Assembly: GCF_009914755.1 (NCBI RefSeq)
Contig: NC_060925.1
Source: the human T2T-CHM13v2.0 reference genome, Homo sapiens
Strand: one strand, 5' to 3'
DNA: 64,000 nucleotides
Every line of letters starts with the position of its first letter. Positions within the stretch are counted from its first letter, which is position 1. The position numbers and the translations under genes were made by a program. Below the pieces are notes generated by a model. It saw only the letters and a list, made by a program, of their open reading frames with translations, was not told where the DNA came from and did not search any database. This document shows, piece after piece, positions 1 through 14,138 of the stretch.

Positions 1-749
1 TGGGTGGTTTTAAATTTCTTCTGCTTTTTTTTGTTCTTTGTAAACTTTTGGTTGGATGCTTGTATTATTAATCTTTTTTTTTTTTCATTTTTTATTGAAA
101 TAAGGTTCTGAGCATTGCTTTAGGTGAATTCCACAGGATATATATTTTATATAGATGTATGTGGTCTATATATATATGTATGGGCATGCATATGTGTATG
201 TACTTGGGTATATTCAGTATGTATATACATATACACGTATTTGATGTGGTTATGGAAATAAATTGAAAGAGGACAGAAACTAATGATAACGAACTCAGAA
301 AACAAGTGAGAATATTATAATAGTTCACATGAGAAATTTTGATGGCCTGAATTGAAATCATAGCAGTAGAAATGGAAAGAGCATAGAGAGAGATTGGAAA
401 TGAAGTGTATGAGAAAAGGAAAATAAATATCTTAGAATAATTCGCAGCTTTGTGGTTTGAGTAGCTGGTAGATGAAGGTGTGATCACTGATTTAGGGCTT
501 ATGTTCAGTATGGAATAATGGAAGAATAGATTTGGGGTGGAAAGGTGAGTTCAGATATAGACATGTTTGCATTAAATCCTGGTACAGATACCTTATTAAA
601 AATCAGATATTCAAGTCAGGGGCTCGGGAAAGAGGAGGAAGCTAGAGATTTTGAGGGAGGGGGTCAGAGAAAGGGTAGATAGTTGATTTTGTGGTTTGAC
701 TGAGGTGGTCTAGGATAGTATCTCTTTGACCTAGAGATAGTAGGTCTAA

Positions 750-1122
<373 letters not shown>

Positions 1123-1458
1123 TGATGATAAATTAAAAATAAATTAATATAAGCATATTCTGGGTTATCTGAATGACTACCATGCTATACAGATTTTAGT
1201 GCCAGTATTGTGTTTAAATGGTTGCTAAGTGATCATCTAGAGCCCACATGTATGATAAATCTGCTGTATTGGAACTTATATCAGGTTAATGTGTATTAAT
1301 GTAAAGTCAAGAAAATCATCTTCAACTTCTGTACTCATACTGAATTGTTTTGCCATTAAAAATATCTTTTATAGTGATAATTTCAGGTGAAAGCTATTTT
1401 CATAGAACTTCCTGAGAAACAAATCTCATAAAGAAGTTTTTAAGAAACTTATAAATGA

Positions 1459-1757
<299 letters not shown>

Positions 1758-2074
1758 AAGAAATTTTAATTGTCACAGACTGATTAAAGAAAATAGGACT
1801 TATATGTAGATTATGTGTTCAGGCCAATTGAAGCTTTATAAGATGTCATGGTTCCCTCTGAACAAGGTATTTCATGGAAACTTGGAGAGAGAAAAGTGAT
1901 GAAGTGATGGGAGAGCTGACTGATCATGTGACTCATTGGTAGGTGTGTGTGTACATGTGTATATATATATTTTTGTGAGCATCGTACTGCATGAATCTCC
2001 ATTTATCTCTAAGTATCAATTTATAACATTTATTAGTGGTAAGCAGTGTGGCATTTTTATTGAATACTAATTTT

Positions 2075-2387
2075 TTTATTTTTATGTTGATATACATATA
2101 CATTGTGAAATGATTACTATTATCAAGCTATAGTCACCATCCTGTACATTAGATCTCCAGAACTTATTCATCTTGCGTGACTGAACTTTGTACCTTTTGA
2201 CCAACTTTTCCCCATTTCCCCCAACCCCTGAGCCCCTGACAACCACCATTCTATTCTCTGCTTCTATGAGTTTGACTTTTTTAGATTCCACATGTAAGTG
2301 AGATTATGCAGAATTTGTCTTTTTGGGCCTGGCTTATTTCATTTAGTATAATGTCCCCCGGTTCATCCATGTTGTTGCAAATGACAG

Positions 2388-2423
<36 letters not shown>

Positions 2424-3340
2424 GAGACGGAGTCTTGCTCTGTCGCCCAGGCTGGAGTGCAGTGGCACAATCTCAGCTTGCTGCAACCTCTGCCTCCCAG
2501 GTTCAAGCCAGTTCTCCTGCCTTAGCCTCCCAAGTAGCTGGGACTACAGGTGCATGCCTCCACACTGGACTATTTTTTTTTTTATTTTAGTAGAGACAGA
2601 GTTTCACCGTGTTGCCCAGGCTGGTCTTGAACTCCTGAGCTCAGTCAGTCCTCCCGCCTCGGGCTTCCAAAGTGCTAGGATTACAGGCCTGAGCTGCCAC
2701 ACTTAGCTCCTTTTTTTTTTTTAAGCTGAATTTATTCCATTGTATTTATATACCACATATTCTTTATCCATTGATCTCTCGATGGACATTTAGGTTGATT
2801 CCATATCTCTTACTGTTATGAATAATGCTGCAGGGAACGTGAGAGTGCAGATACCTCTTTGAGATACTGATTTCATTTCCTTAGGATCTATACCCAGAAG
2901 TGGGAATGCTGGATCATATGGTAGTTATGTTTTAATTTTTTGAGGAACCTCCATACTGTTTTCCATAATGGTTGTACTAATTTATATTCTTCTCAACCAA
3001 CAATGTTCAAGTGTTCTCTTTTCTCCACGTCCTTGCCAACAGTTATCTTTTATCTTTTTGATAATAGTCATCCTAAGAAGTATGAGTATTATCCCATTGT
3101 GGTTTTGATTTGCATTTTTCTGATGATTAGTGATGCTGAGCATTTTTTCACATACTAGCCAGCCATTTATATGTCTTTTGAGAAATGTCTATTTGGGTCC
3201 TTTGCTCGTTTTTTAAAATTGGATTGTTGTCTTGCTATTGAGTTGTTTGAGTTCCTTATATATTTTGGATATTAACCCCTAATCAGGTGTATGGTTGCAA
3301 ATATTTTCTCCCATAGTTTATCTCTTCACTGCATTGTTTT
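2075..3340 (-). mobile_element. Old L1 (L1MA-type) 3' end, interrupted by an Alu
   Basis: ttagattccacatgtaagtgagat, tacccagaagtggga, gtggttttgatttgcattt L1 motifs. Confidence 0.85.
2389..2710 (-). mobile_element. AluS inserted into L1MA
   Basis: Long poly-T + Alu dimer. Confidence 0.93.
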
Positions 3341-3609
3341 GTCGTGCTAAAATGCATTTTGTATAACAGTTTTACAATTCATAAAAGATTTTAAACATAT
3401 AAATAATCATATTTAAAATATCGTATAATACAACTGAAATTAGAAATAATAATAATCTACGTGCTTTTTAAAATAAGCGCATCTATTGTAGTTAAGTTTG
3501 GCTTTTTAGTCTTGTTTGGTGTCCTGGTATCTTACTACTGAAGATGTGCATTCGGCAGATCATCGGAGTTCAAACAGATGTTGAACATAGAGGGTTGAAT
3601 AATGTATGA

Positions 3610-4030
3610 CCCCTGTAGTAGACTCAGATTCCCCTTTAAAGAAGGGTTTCCTGCCCAGCTGTGAGAAATGTGAAATCCTGACAGCCCCCTCTTTCCCCGC
3701 CTTTGTCCCCCACCTTAGAGTCTGGCTCAGCTCTAGAGACACTCCCCTCTCCTCATGTCACAGACTTCCTGGGGCAGCATGCATTTGCAGACTGAGCAAG
3801 GCGGAGGTAAAAAAGGCCTGACCATTTCAGCCCATCAGAGAGCACTCTGATGGACAGTGCTTGCTTTAGAATTTCCTATATGGTTGGCTGAAGTTATTTT
3901 GGGCTTGCATCAGTTTGAGTTCTGTCCAAACCTGATTTCTCTGCCTTCCATTCACAGGTGTTGATCCCTGATGAACATTTGTACCCCAGACACCATATTA
4001 CCTCAGCTTCAGAGAAACCAGCCTGCAGTA
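3610..4030. mobile_element. Degenerate ERVL-class LTR (LTR16/LTR33-like)
   Basis: ttcacaggtgttgatccc ... cagcttcagagaaaccagcctgca terminal motif; family from memory. Confidence 0.45.
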
Positions 4031-4737
4031 GCTCCTGATAGCATGGAACTAGTTTAATGGAAGGGAATATACATCCAACAAGAAATTTAAAACGTGATCA
4101 ATGTTATGTAGAAGCATAGGGTGCCATGGTAGTGCGTTATGGAAAGGACCGATGCCCAGCTAATTATATTGTTTTGGGAGGTAGCCTAGACTAGTAGTCA
4201 GAATATGAACCTTGGGCATACTGCTTACTCTCTCCAGGCCACTTTCCTCATTTGTAATATGGGAATGACACATGTTCTGTCATCCTTTAGAAGACTAGCC
4301 TAGGATTGCTCACATGGTTGGGGAAAGATTCCCAGCAGTAAGAGGGAGCAATGCACATTTTCCAAGCCTCTGTTTGTGTCAGTTTGCTGATGTCCCATTG
4401 GCCAAAGCGGTTTACATGGCCAAGCTATGATTCAAGGATGAAGAAGTAGACTTGCATTTATGTTTGTATTTATACACACACATACACACACCTAAAAATT
4501 ACCAAACAGAATGTCTGTTACATAATAGTGGTAGTTAAAATTTATTAAGCACTTTTTGTAAATAATGCCTAGTAAGAGTCAGGTGGACTATTATTATTTA
4601 ATATGTTCTATCTCACTATGGTGTGAAAAAGAAGAAACGCTTTTAAATAATTTGGTATATTTGACATCTTAAAATCATCTTAATGATAACACTTTTCACA
4701 TAAAGTAAAGCTCTCTCTCTCTTTTTTTCCTCTGCAG

Positions 4738-4774
4738 TAAGAAAAGTGGAAAACCACCATTACAGAACAATGAG
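4738..4774 (+). CDS. ABCD3: ABCD3 exon 2 (37 nt) (G)KKSGKPPLQNNE
   Basis: Polypyrimidine tract + tctgcag| ... GAG|gtaaaa. Confidence 0.95.
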
Positions 4775-5064
4775 GTAAAAGTTTAAATCATCTTCTTTTT
4801 GGGATTTCATGCATTTATTTCATTTATTTTGTCATATGATTCTGATTTAGGATTAAATTTTATAATTAGTAGGGAACTTAAAAATACTCCAGTCTTCTAC
4901 ACATTACAGGAATACTCTCTGAAATAGGACTCCTGACAGGAAAGTGTTACTCTAGGAGGCAGCATTAACTGCATTAGTTCTAGCCCATGATGATATTAGT
5001 TTCCCCCCCTCTTCTAGCTTCTTAGCAGTGACTCTGTTATATCTTTTGTATCGAGATATATCTT

Positions 5065-5340
5065 GTCCCCCCTCCCTTCCCCTCCCCGCTTCCCTCCCCT
5101 CCTCCACCTCCCCTCTCCTTTTCTCCCTTCCTGTCCCCTCCCCTCCCCTTCCCTCTTTTTTCTTTTCTTCTCTTTTCTTCAAAATTTTCTTTTTACCAAC
5201 CAGGTCTCATTCTGTCATCCAGGCTGGAGTGCAGTGGCATGATCATAGCTCACTGTAACCTTGACCTCCTGAGCTCTAAGGATCCTCCTACCTCAGCCTG
5301 AAGTAGCTGGGACTGTAGATGTGAGCCACCTTGCCTGGCT
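5065..5340 (-). mobile_element. Alu monomer (FRAM/AluJ arm) with pyrimidine-rich low-complexity tail
   Basis: caggctggagtgcagtggcatgatcatagctcactg; CT-rich run 5065-5195. Confidence 0.85.
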
Positions 5341-5739
5341 CTGTTTTCTCTAGTACACCCACATATATTTGAAGATAGTTGTATCTTACGAGTCTTTCTT
5401 TTCCTGTGCTAAGCAATCTTGATTCCTTCTAATATGTCTCATGTGACATGGGTTCTGATCCTTTTTCAGTTCTGTATACATTCCTTTGGACCTATACTAG
5501 TTTTCTTAGGCATTGTGCTTAGAATGGAATGTAGTTGTCCAGTTATGGCCTGACTAGCATGGAATATATCAGCATGATTACATTTCTTGATATGAATACA
5601 ATATTGCTAAAATTCATCCTAAAATTGCTTTTAATTCTTTAACCGTAACTATTTTTTACATTAAGTGGAATTTATGGTAAATTATAAACTTCAGGTGTAT
5701 TTTTGACAACTCTATATCTCTACATGTTATATTCATGAT

Positions 5740-6290
5740 AGATTTATTGAGATATATATACCATAAAATTTATCCATTTAAGTGTATAAATGAGTAGTTA
5801 GTGTAGTCACAGAGTTGTGTGGCTATCACCACTACCTAGTTTTAGGAAATTTTCATCTCTCCAAAAAAATCCTGTACTCATTAGCAGTCATTCCTTATTA
5901 CCCTCTTCCCCCAATCCCTGGCAACCACAAATCTGTTTCTGTCCCTGTTGACTTACCTGTTCTGGACATTTCAAATAAATGAAATCATATAATATGTGGC
6001 TTTTTATGCCTAGCTTCTTTCACTTAGCACAATGTTTTCAAGGTTCATCATGTTGTTGTATCAGTATTGCATTCCTTTTTATTGCTGAATAGTGTTCTTT
6101 GTATGCATATACCACATTATGTTTATCAGTTCATCAGTTGGTGGACATTTAGGTTGCTTCTACTTTTTGGCTATTATGAATAATAACAATGCTGCTATGA
6201 AAATTTGTGCACAAGTTTTTATGTAGAGATATGTTTTTATTTCTCTTGGGTGTGTATCTAGGAGTGGAATTGCTGGGTCATATGTTAACG
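5740..6290 (-). mobile_element. L1MB-type 3' fragment
   Basis: cctggcaaccac...ttctggacattt...tcacttagcacaatgttttcaaggttcatc...ggagtggaattgctgggtcatatg. Confidence 0.8.
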
Positions 6291-8312
6291 CAGTTGCTTT
6301 GTTTTAGATAAACATTAATTTATTGCGGTAAATGTCAGCTTATTGGGTTTAACCTACTATCTATACCATTAGTCTAATTTTTAGTGCAATTCTCACATCT
6401 GGTATGTTAAGTAGAAGAATTATCTACAAATTTAATTTGCCTTTCCTTTCTTTCACAGAACTGCTGATAGTATTGACTATGTAAGGACCAAGGAGATTGC
6501 TCTGTGACATCTCTTAATCTTTGTTTCTGGTTATTCAGCTGTGACTACATCCAACTATAGCAAAATCTGGTTCTTATTTCTCCATTGAGACCACAATAAT
6601 TTTATAAGAAACATCTAATTCCTTTATTAATTTATTAATTCACTTAGTAAGTCAGTCTTTCAGTAAGTAATAAGTTTCCACCCTCATGGAGCTTACATTC
6701 TGCATATCAGCTAGTATGCTAGTTATGGTATCCTTAACAAATAAGAAAATTAGAACAATTTAACATGACGTACTTTCAGTAAACTGATGCTGGCTTCTAG
6801 TGATTAGTGTCTCTCAAGTCTTCCCCAACCCTCCATGTCAGTGTCTGTTCTCTGAATATCCTGGTGATTGACATCAAGATTGTTGTTCTTTAGTCTCTGT
6901 AATATTTCCTTCCTAGTCTTTGAAAAATGTGATAAGATGTGCTTATGTCCACTTCTCTGGCATATCTCCAGCTCCGTGATCTCTCATGTCTAAGTTCTAT
7001 CTGAGTAATCAAATGTTAGTTATCTGAACTTAGTCATATCTCTTATTTGCATATTGGATATCTGCAAGTTCTAGGACAGCTAGATTCATTTTACTCATTT
7101 TTTTCTTATTTTTCTGTACAATATTTTAGCATATACTTATTTGCTGGTTGCATAGTGTGAGAAAGATAAATTTAGGTTATATTAAGTGATTGGCAATAAA
7201 AAGGACACAATATGCACACTGATAGCACATTTGTTAAATGTATAGGAAGTACACACGTGTGCTAAAATGAAATCTAGTAGGATATGTAACAAAGGCAGTA
7301 GGTTTAATTTTCTTATTTTTGCTCGTCAGAATTTTCTAATTTTTCTACAGTGAATATGTTACTTTTGAGGAAAGCAACTTAACGTATTTTTTTGGTAGAA
7401 ATTTTTTATATCCTTTGTGATGGAGATAGGGTGGGGAGAGGCAATTTTCATAAGACGTGAATTTTAAGGAGGAAAAAAGAATTTAATTAGAAAGTTGGAG
7501 AACAATATAATGAAATTCAAAATGTATAAAGATAAGTACTGTGCTGGGTTCAGTATTTAGCATTCCCATGCATATTTTTGTATTTTGGCATGTGTGTGTA
7601 TGTGTGTGTATCCATAAACAATATAGTTAGAATTACTTTACATATTTAAAAGTTTCATAAATTCATGTGTAAAATGAATTGCATGTATCATTCTAATTTT
7701 TTCCAGCATACTATTTTTTAGGTCACTTCATGTTTAAAGCTGTAGACCTGCTCTTTCATATTCTGTTTCTGTGTATGTGAGCTGCTTTCTTTTTTACAGT
7801 TGTATAGAGTTTTCATTGAATAATTTTGCTATGATTTATGTAATATTGGTGTACATCAGGTTGTTTTTAATTTTATGGTATTATAAACGAGTACGATGTT
7901 TTTATTTGTGTGGCTAAGCATATGTGCAGGTATATTTGTAGGGTAAGTTCCTGAAAGTAAATTTACTGGGTTATTTTACATTTTACAGTCAGTGTACATT
8001 TTACATTTTGATAAATGATACATAATAGTTGTACCAGTTTTCACTTTTCCCTACAATGTATAGGAATACTTATACTCTGTCAGCACTACATGGCCTCTTA
8101 TTTTACTGCTATTTCAAACATCTTTTTCAGTCAGTCTCACCTACGGTGATTGACGTATCAATAGGAACTTCTCATTGTACTTTGACCTTTGTTACCTTTT
8201 GAATTTTAGGTTTTCTTTTTTCCTTTGTTGCATTATTACTTCGACTTCTCAAATAGCTTTTAATGATTTGTTTGCTTTTTCTATAATGTTCATGTTAAAC
8301 TTATATCACCAC

Positions 8313-8423
8313 AGTGGTCTTTTTTTTGTATTTAAAAAAATTATTGGGAAGTTTAGAAGTGGGAAAAGTGGTCTTTTTTTGTATTTAAAAAAATTACTGG
8401 GAAAGTTTGGAAGTGGGAAAAGT
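8313..8423. repeat. 54-bp tandem duplication (2 copies)
   Basis: agtggtcttttttt..gtatttaaaaaaatta.tgggaa..gttt.gaagtgggaaa at 8313-8366 and 8367-8420. Confidence 0.92.
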
Positions 8424-10905
8424 TCATTGTGAATTTAAAATGAATTCTTAGGAAAGGCTAGTAATATTATGTACTGCCTCTATAGTTACTCTTATTTAGA
8501 TTGGTTTCAGGTAGAGTTTTGCTGTGATCAAGATTCCTGACATCTCTTTGAATTCAGCCCTTCTGAGCCAGCCTCCCAGTCCAGGTGATCCTTTGCAGAA
8601 AACAATGATAATTTGGAAGAATATAGTTAGTTCCTTTCATGGATTGAAACGTAATGAAAATCCATCAGGTTTCAGTCAGTTTAAGGATAGGGAAAGTGAC
8701 AATAGGAACAGAAGAAAATGAGGAGGAATTTTATACAAGTTAGCAACTAATATTTTAAAGTGTTTCAACGTTACTCTCTTGTAATTCTTTTTTTCTAACT
8801 TTCCTCATTGTTTGTCTTAGATCATTTCTTTAGAGTAGCTAGAAACAGGTGGTCCTCTGTTTAACTCAGATGTCCATTTCACCTCAGGATTGTGCCACTT
8901 AAAGTTCCAGCTAGCAATAGAGAAGGGTGTTGCCTACAGGTAAGGCAAGGTGAAGTGAGGAGGGAGTGGTGATGGCGATAGGAGGAAGAACAAGTAGTTT
9001 AACTTCTTTTTTTAAAAAGGTAGTTAATATGTATCACCTTTTCTTTACTCTTTTCTTCCTATGTTTTCTGGGTTTGGGGAAAATACAAACAGATTAGGTT
9101 GAATGTGTAAGGTTTAGCTTGAGGAGAATAGGCTAGTTCAACTAACTGGACTGTGAGTGGGGCTTTTTGTCTGTTTTGTTTGCTGTTGTGTGCTTATCAT
9201 TTGGAATAGGGTTTGGATCAAGTAGTTGTTTGTTGAATGAATGAATGTAAGCATGTATGAATTAAGTAGACTGAGCCTGTAACTCAGTAGGATGAGGTTT
9301 GCAACTTTGTCTGAAAGACCTGAAATGCTGAGTCTCTGTTCCAGCAGTTGCAGGGTAGGTGGATTCTTTTCCAGTTCCTCCTATTGTAGTCTTTCTAGTC
9401 TAACCCTATAAACACAGTGCCTTCAGACTTCCTTTTTTGGCCTACAGTTCTGCACTGCACTCAGTGCTTATTTCTTAGGATTATGTCTATAAAGCCTTAG
9501 CACAGTGTCTGACACATAGTTGGTAGTTATTATTATTCTAATTCAGTACCCAAACAGTTCACTTAAGGCTCATCAAGTTAGATATTTATTTAATCAAAGC
9601 ACATTTACATTATAGCTAACTAATAGCGTTACTCTACTAATACAAACAGGTATTTGTTTGTCAGGAGCACAGTAGTTAGCCAGATAAGTGAGCTGTGATA
9701 ATGGAGTTGGGGAAAGGGTTAGTCAGGGAATTGGGGTTTTTCTGGAGTGTCTTGCCTTTTCCAAGAAGTTTCCCCTGTCCTTCCAAACAGTCCAAGAGTA
9801 GTAAGTCTCGTCACGTGTTTCCTTATCTTTGCAAATGGTTTAGTACTTCCATTTTCATGGAGCTAGTGAAAATGAAAAAACTCTTGAGAGAGGTAAGATT
9901 ATCTTCTTTTAAATCCCTCTACACTCACAGTAAGCTCTCAATCTTTACTGTGGCTTCAAGGCTCTGTCCTTTATAAGCCCTGCCTACCTTTTAAACTTCT
10001 CTCATTCTTGTTCCCTTTGCTACAGCAATACTGCCATCTTGCTGTGAAATGTGCACACCTATTTTATTTCCAACACTGTATTTTTGTGCTCGTTGTTCCT
10101 TGTGCTTCACTCCCTCCCCTCTGCTACCCACTTTAAATAATCACATGGCTTTTTTTTATTTATGTCTAAGCTTAAATGTCAAGAGACTTTTCAGACCATC
10201 CTGTGTGAACTGTTCTTTTTTTTCCCCTCATGACCCTGTCTAGTCTGTCTGTAATAATTTATTTATTGGTTTATTTTTTGTCTATGTTTCTCCCGCTAGA
10301 ATGTGAGCTGCATAAGTGAAAGAACCTTGTCTGTCTTTGAATTTTATGAGGAAGAGAGAGTGAATTGACAGACTGTATATTGGAAATGTTAAATGGTAAA
10401 TCTAGGAATCCAAAAGTTTCCTCTATTTAATATCAGGCAAAATTCTGTTCAGGATTTTTTTTTTTTAAATATGGTGTTAATCAGGAAGTGGCTAATACAA
10501 AACTCAGTAAACCCTTGACCTTTTTTCAGCTGTCTCTCTGACCTCGTCCTCTGTGATGGTACCTTCCTCACAGCTCCAGCCAGGTTGGCCATTTTGTTCT
10601 TCCTCAAGCACGTTGCAGGTGTTCACCTTGGTATTTTGCAGTTGCTATTTCTTCTGCTTGCAGTTTTCTTCACCCAGATAATTGTGTGGTTCCAGAACTC
10701 ACTTCCTTATTCAGTTTTTAGATAACATTGTTTTCTCAAAAACATGTTTGAATATGAGGAGCAGTGTAAGTATGCAAGTCTGTGTTTTGTAAATTCAGTT
10801 TTTATCTTGATAGCTGTTTATGTTGACTTAGATGAAACATGGTTCTTTAATTTTATGATATGTTTGTTATAGCTATCTTAAAAGGGCTTCTTTTTTTTAA
10901 TGCAG

Positions 10906-11004
10906 AAAGAGGGGAAAAAAGAGCGAGCTGTGGTGGACAAGGTGTTTTTCTCAAGGCTCATACAGATTCTGAAAATCATGGTCCCTAGAACATTTTGTAA
11001 AGAG
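10906..11004 (+). CDS. ABCD3: ABCD3 exon 3 (99 nt) KEGKKERAVVDKVFFSRLIQILKIMVPRTFCKE
   Basis: tgcag| ... GAG|gtaagt; in frame with exons 2 and 4. Confidence 0.96.
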
Positions 11005-11032
11005 GTAAGTCTTATGAAATTATAATCTTAAG

Positions 11033-11425
11033 TATATTGGGCCGTTCTTTAATAAAATACCTGAGGCTGGGTAATTTATAAAGAAAAGAGATTTAATTGG
11101 CTCCTGGATCTGCAGGCTGTACAAGCATGGCACAGCATCTCCTCCACTTCCGGGGAGGCCTCAGGAAGCTGGCAATCACAGCTGAAGGTGAAGGGGGAAG
11201 CCAGTGTCTCACATGGTGAGAGAGGGAGCAAAGGGCCAAGGAGGTGCCACATACTTTTAAACAACCAGATACATGAGAACTCACTCACTGTCTGGAGGAC
11301 AGCACCATGCCATGAGGGATCTGCCTCCATGACCCAAACACCTCCCACCAGGCCCCACCTCCAACACTGGGGATTACATTTCAACATGAGATTTGGGTGG
11401 AGACAGATACCCAAATTAAATTATT
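11033..11425 (-). mobile_element. MaLR solo LTR (MSTA/MSTB-like) about 30 nt after exon 3
   Basis: tacctgaggctgggtaatttataaagaaaagag...gggaggcctcaggaagct...aggccccacctccaacactggggattaca..tcaacatgagatttgg. Confidence 0.9.
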
Positions 11426-14049
11426 AAGTGTTCAACTTTCAAGGTTATGTAAGATTAGAACAGTAAAATCATAACACTTTGGTTATACTATAGGTCAAAT
11501 GTTTTCTCTGTAGGTCAAGAAGATTACTAAATTTTTGTCTTTAAATCATCACCTGTCATACAAAAAACCTTGTTCAGTGCCAGTTTTTAAATAGTTTTCT
11601 CTTGTTTCTGAAGTATTTTTTCATTTTATTTTATGTGAAATGCTAGGGTACTGCCATACAGCTACCCTAAATGGTGTTGCTTTGTTATAGTTAAATACTG
11701 TTGATAAACACTAGATTAAATTTCAAAAGACAAACCCTTTTATTACATTGAGATGTTAACAAGTCACATTAGTGTGGAGTATATTTGATTAAATATTTTT
11801 AAGATATGCAAAATGATATCTGGATTCATCAGTTATTTCATTCAGGAAGTGAGCTGCTTATACGAATAGTTGTATAATTCGTTCCTTTGCTTTTTTATCA
11901 AGATTATCTTCATTATTTGATAAACATTTTTAATGATTATTAAAATAATGCCGTATTCTCCATCTTCCTCAGCATTCTCTCATTCTGTAACTAGAAGTAT
12001 CATTACCTTCAGCTCTTCCTCTTCCCCTTGTCACCCTTTTTGGTCACTGGGATCTGCTAATTTTTCCTATACTTAACTGTTACAAAAGCATTGCAGTTCC
12101 CAAAGAAAACGTACATTCCTTCATCATGCTGGATTTGCTCTTTCCCTCACTTTGGCATCATCTCCTGATGATTCTGCCCTTGAGAAATTCTTTTTTTAAA
12201 AAAAGTAATGGCACTTGTTTTTTCCTAATTAGACAGAGGTAATACATGTTCCTTGAAGAAAATTAGAAAATGCAGCTAGATTTATTTTTTGGCACCTATC
12301 AGCCTCTTACTCGTTTTGATATATAGTCATCCTGTGTGCAAGCATATATTTTAATTTAAAAATGGGATCACACACTTTTAAGATCTGCTCCTTCCCTTAT
12401 ATTATAAATGTTCTTTCTAAGTATCCTAAAGTTTCTTATAAATTATTCTCTCCCTTTACATTCCTACTGTTCTCACTATATCTTACCTGGATTATTATAT
12501 CTTAATTGGTCTTTTTGCTTCTTTTCCTTTTCCAATTTGTATTCTTTCTTAAAATCCTAATCAAAACATGTAACTTCATTTTCCTTATAGGGTAAATCAC
12601 AACCTGACTTTGGCCTTCCTTTTAATACCATCTGCTTAGGAGATCATTGTTTTACGATCTGGCCCTATGTCCTCAGCCTTTCATTTGTTTACAACATCAT
12701 GTCTGTGACATCCTGTACGTCCCCACAACAAAAACAAATATGTTTTTAAAAATTGCTTAATGCTTATCTTTTTTGTGAATATTTCCAGTGACTCTTCAGG
12801 CATAACTAATTGTCCTGCCTTTGAAGAATCCTTATTTAAAATACAAGCTTCTCTGGAAAGATGCATATGTTACCTTCCAATCAGTTAACAGCTTAATGTT
12901 CATTTTAACTATTGCAGGGGTTCAATGAATGTAAAACAAATTTGAAACATTGGATGAGTCCCTGGGAATTAGTAAGGGAGGTAGAAGGGGCTAATTTGGC
13001 CAGCTTCCTACCCTCTGCAGGCCTTCTTCCCTTACTTTAACTTCTATGTCACTGTCTTATTGTTCCAATTTAGAAAATTTAAGATCAGCTTTAAATATGT
13101 GTACTTGGGGTTGGGGTGGCAGGATTCTCATCTCACAGAAAGATAACTGATTCCCAGCCAGTCACCCAGCATCTTGACTTTCCCTGCTTCGTAATCTGTC
13201 TTGCACAGCATTGCTTAAGTAATATTCTTTAAACATCACTTTTTAACATCACTTTTTGTTCTACTGAGAAGCTTGCGAGAATTTTATGTGTGTAAACTCA
13301 GTACAGTACCATAGTTCATATGATTTTAATCCCTTTTTTCCCCCATTAAATCCTTCATCTTTTTTACCTTTAATCCTCATTCTCTTTTTTGTTTTACTGT
13401 TTATCATATTTCTAATGCCATAACTGTCTTTTGCTACCCCAAACCTTCCCATCCCACAGCTTAGGACATGAAATGATACAAATATGTTTGCCTAAATTTG
13501 TCTGCTACTTTTTATGTGTAACTCTTCCCTTCATAACTAAATTGAAAGCCCTATGAGGGCATGGACACTATTATAAATTTTTCTAACAAATTAAACCAAA
13601 TTTATTCTACCTAGGCAAAATTTTAGGCTTCAATTTTGGTTAGTTGTATAACTGTATATGTGCAGTTACTGTCATTTTTCTTTGTTAAAGTTATATGTCA
13701 AAATATAAGAAAATCAACAATACACTATGATCTAGGTAATCTAAGTTACATTCCCAGCTTCTGTCCTTGACTAGGTATATGAAGGCAAGTCCTTTGACCT
13801 GCCTAGGATTCACTTTTGAATTCTGAATGAGAAAGATTAAATGAATCTATGAGGCTTTTTTCATTTATATAATATTCTTGCGTTCCCTTTAAACTATATT
13901 TAAAATTACTTATAGAAAAAATGTCAGCCAACTATATTGAAACTTACATAAAGCTTTAGATTTGGAAACCAAAAATTGTTACCAAGGTAATATTTCTTTG
14001 AACTTTCTAAAATGCATGTATTTAATTTACTATACCTGGTTTATTTTAG

Positions 14050-14138
14050 ACAGGTTACTTGGTACTTATTGCTGTTATGCTGGTGTCTCGAACATATTGT
14101 GATGTTTGGATGATTCAAAATGGGACACTAATTGAAAG
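14050..14138 (+). CDS. ABCD3: ABCD3 exon 4 (89 nt) TGYLVLIAVMLVSRTYCDVWMIQNGTLIE(S), first TM helix
   Basis: ttttag| ... GAAAG|gtactt. Confidence 0.96.
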
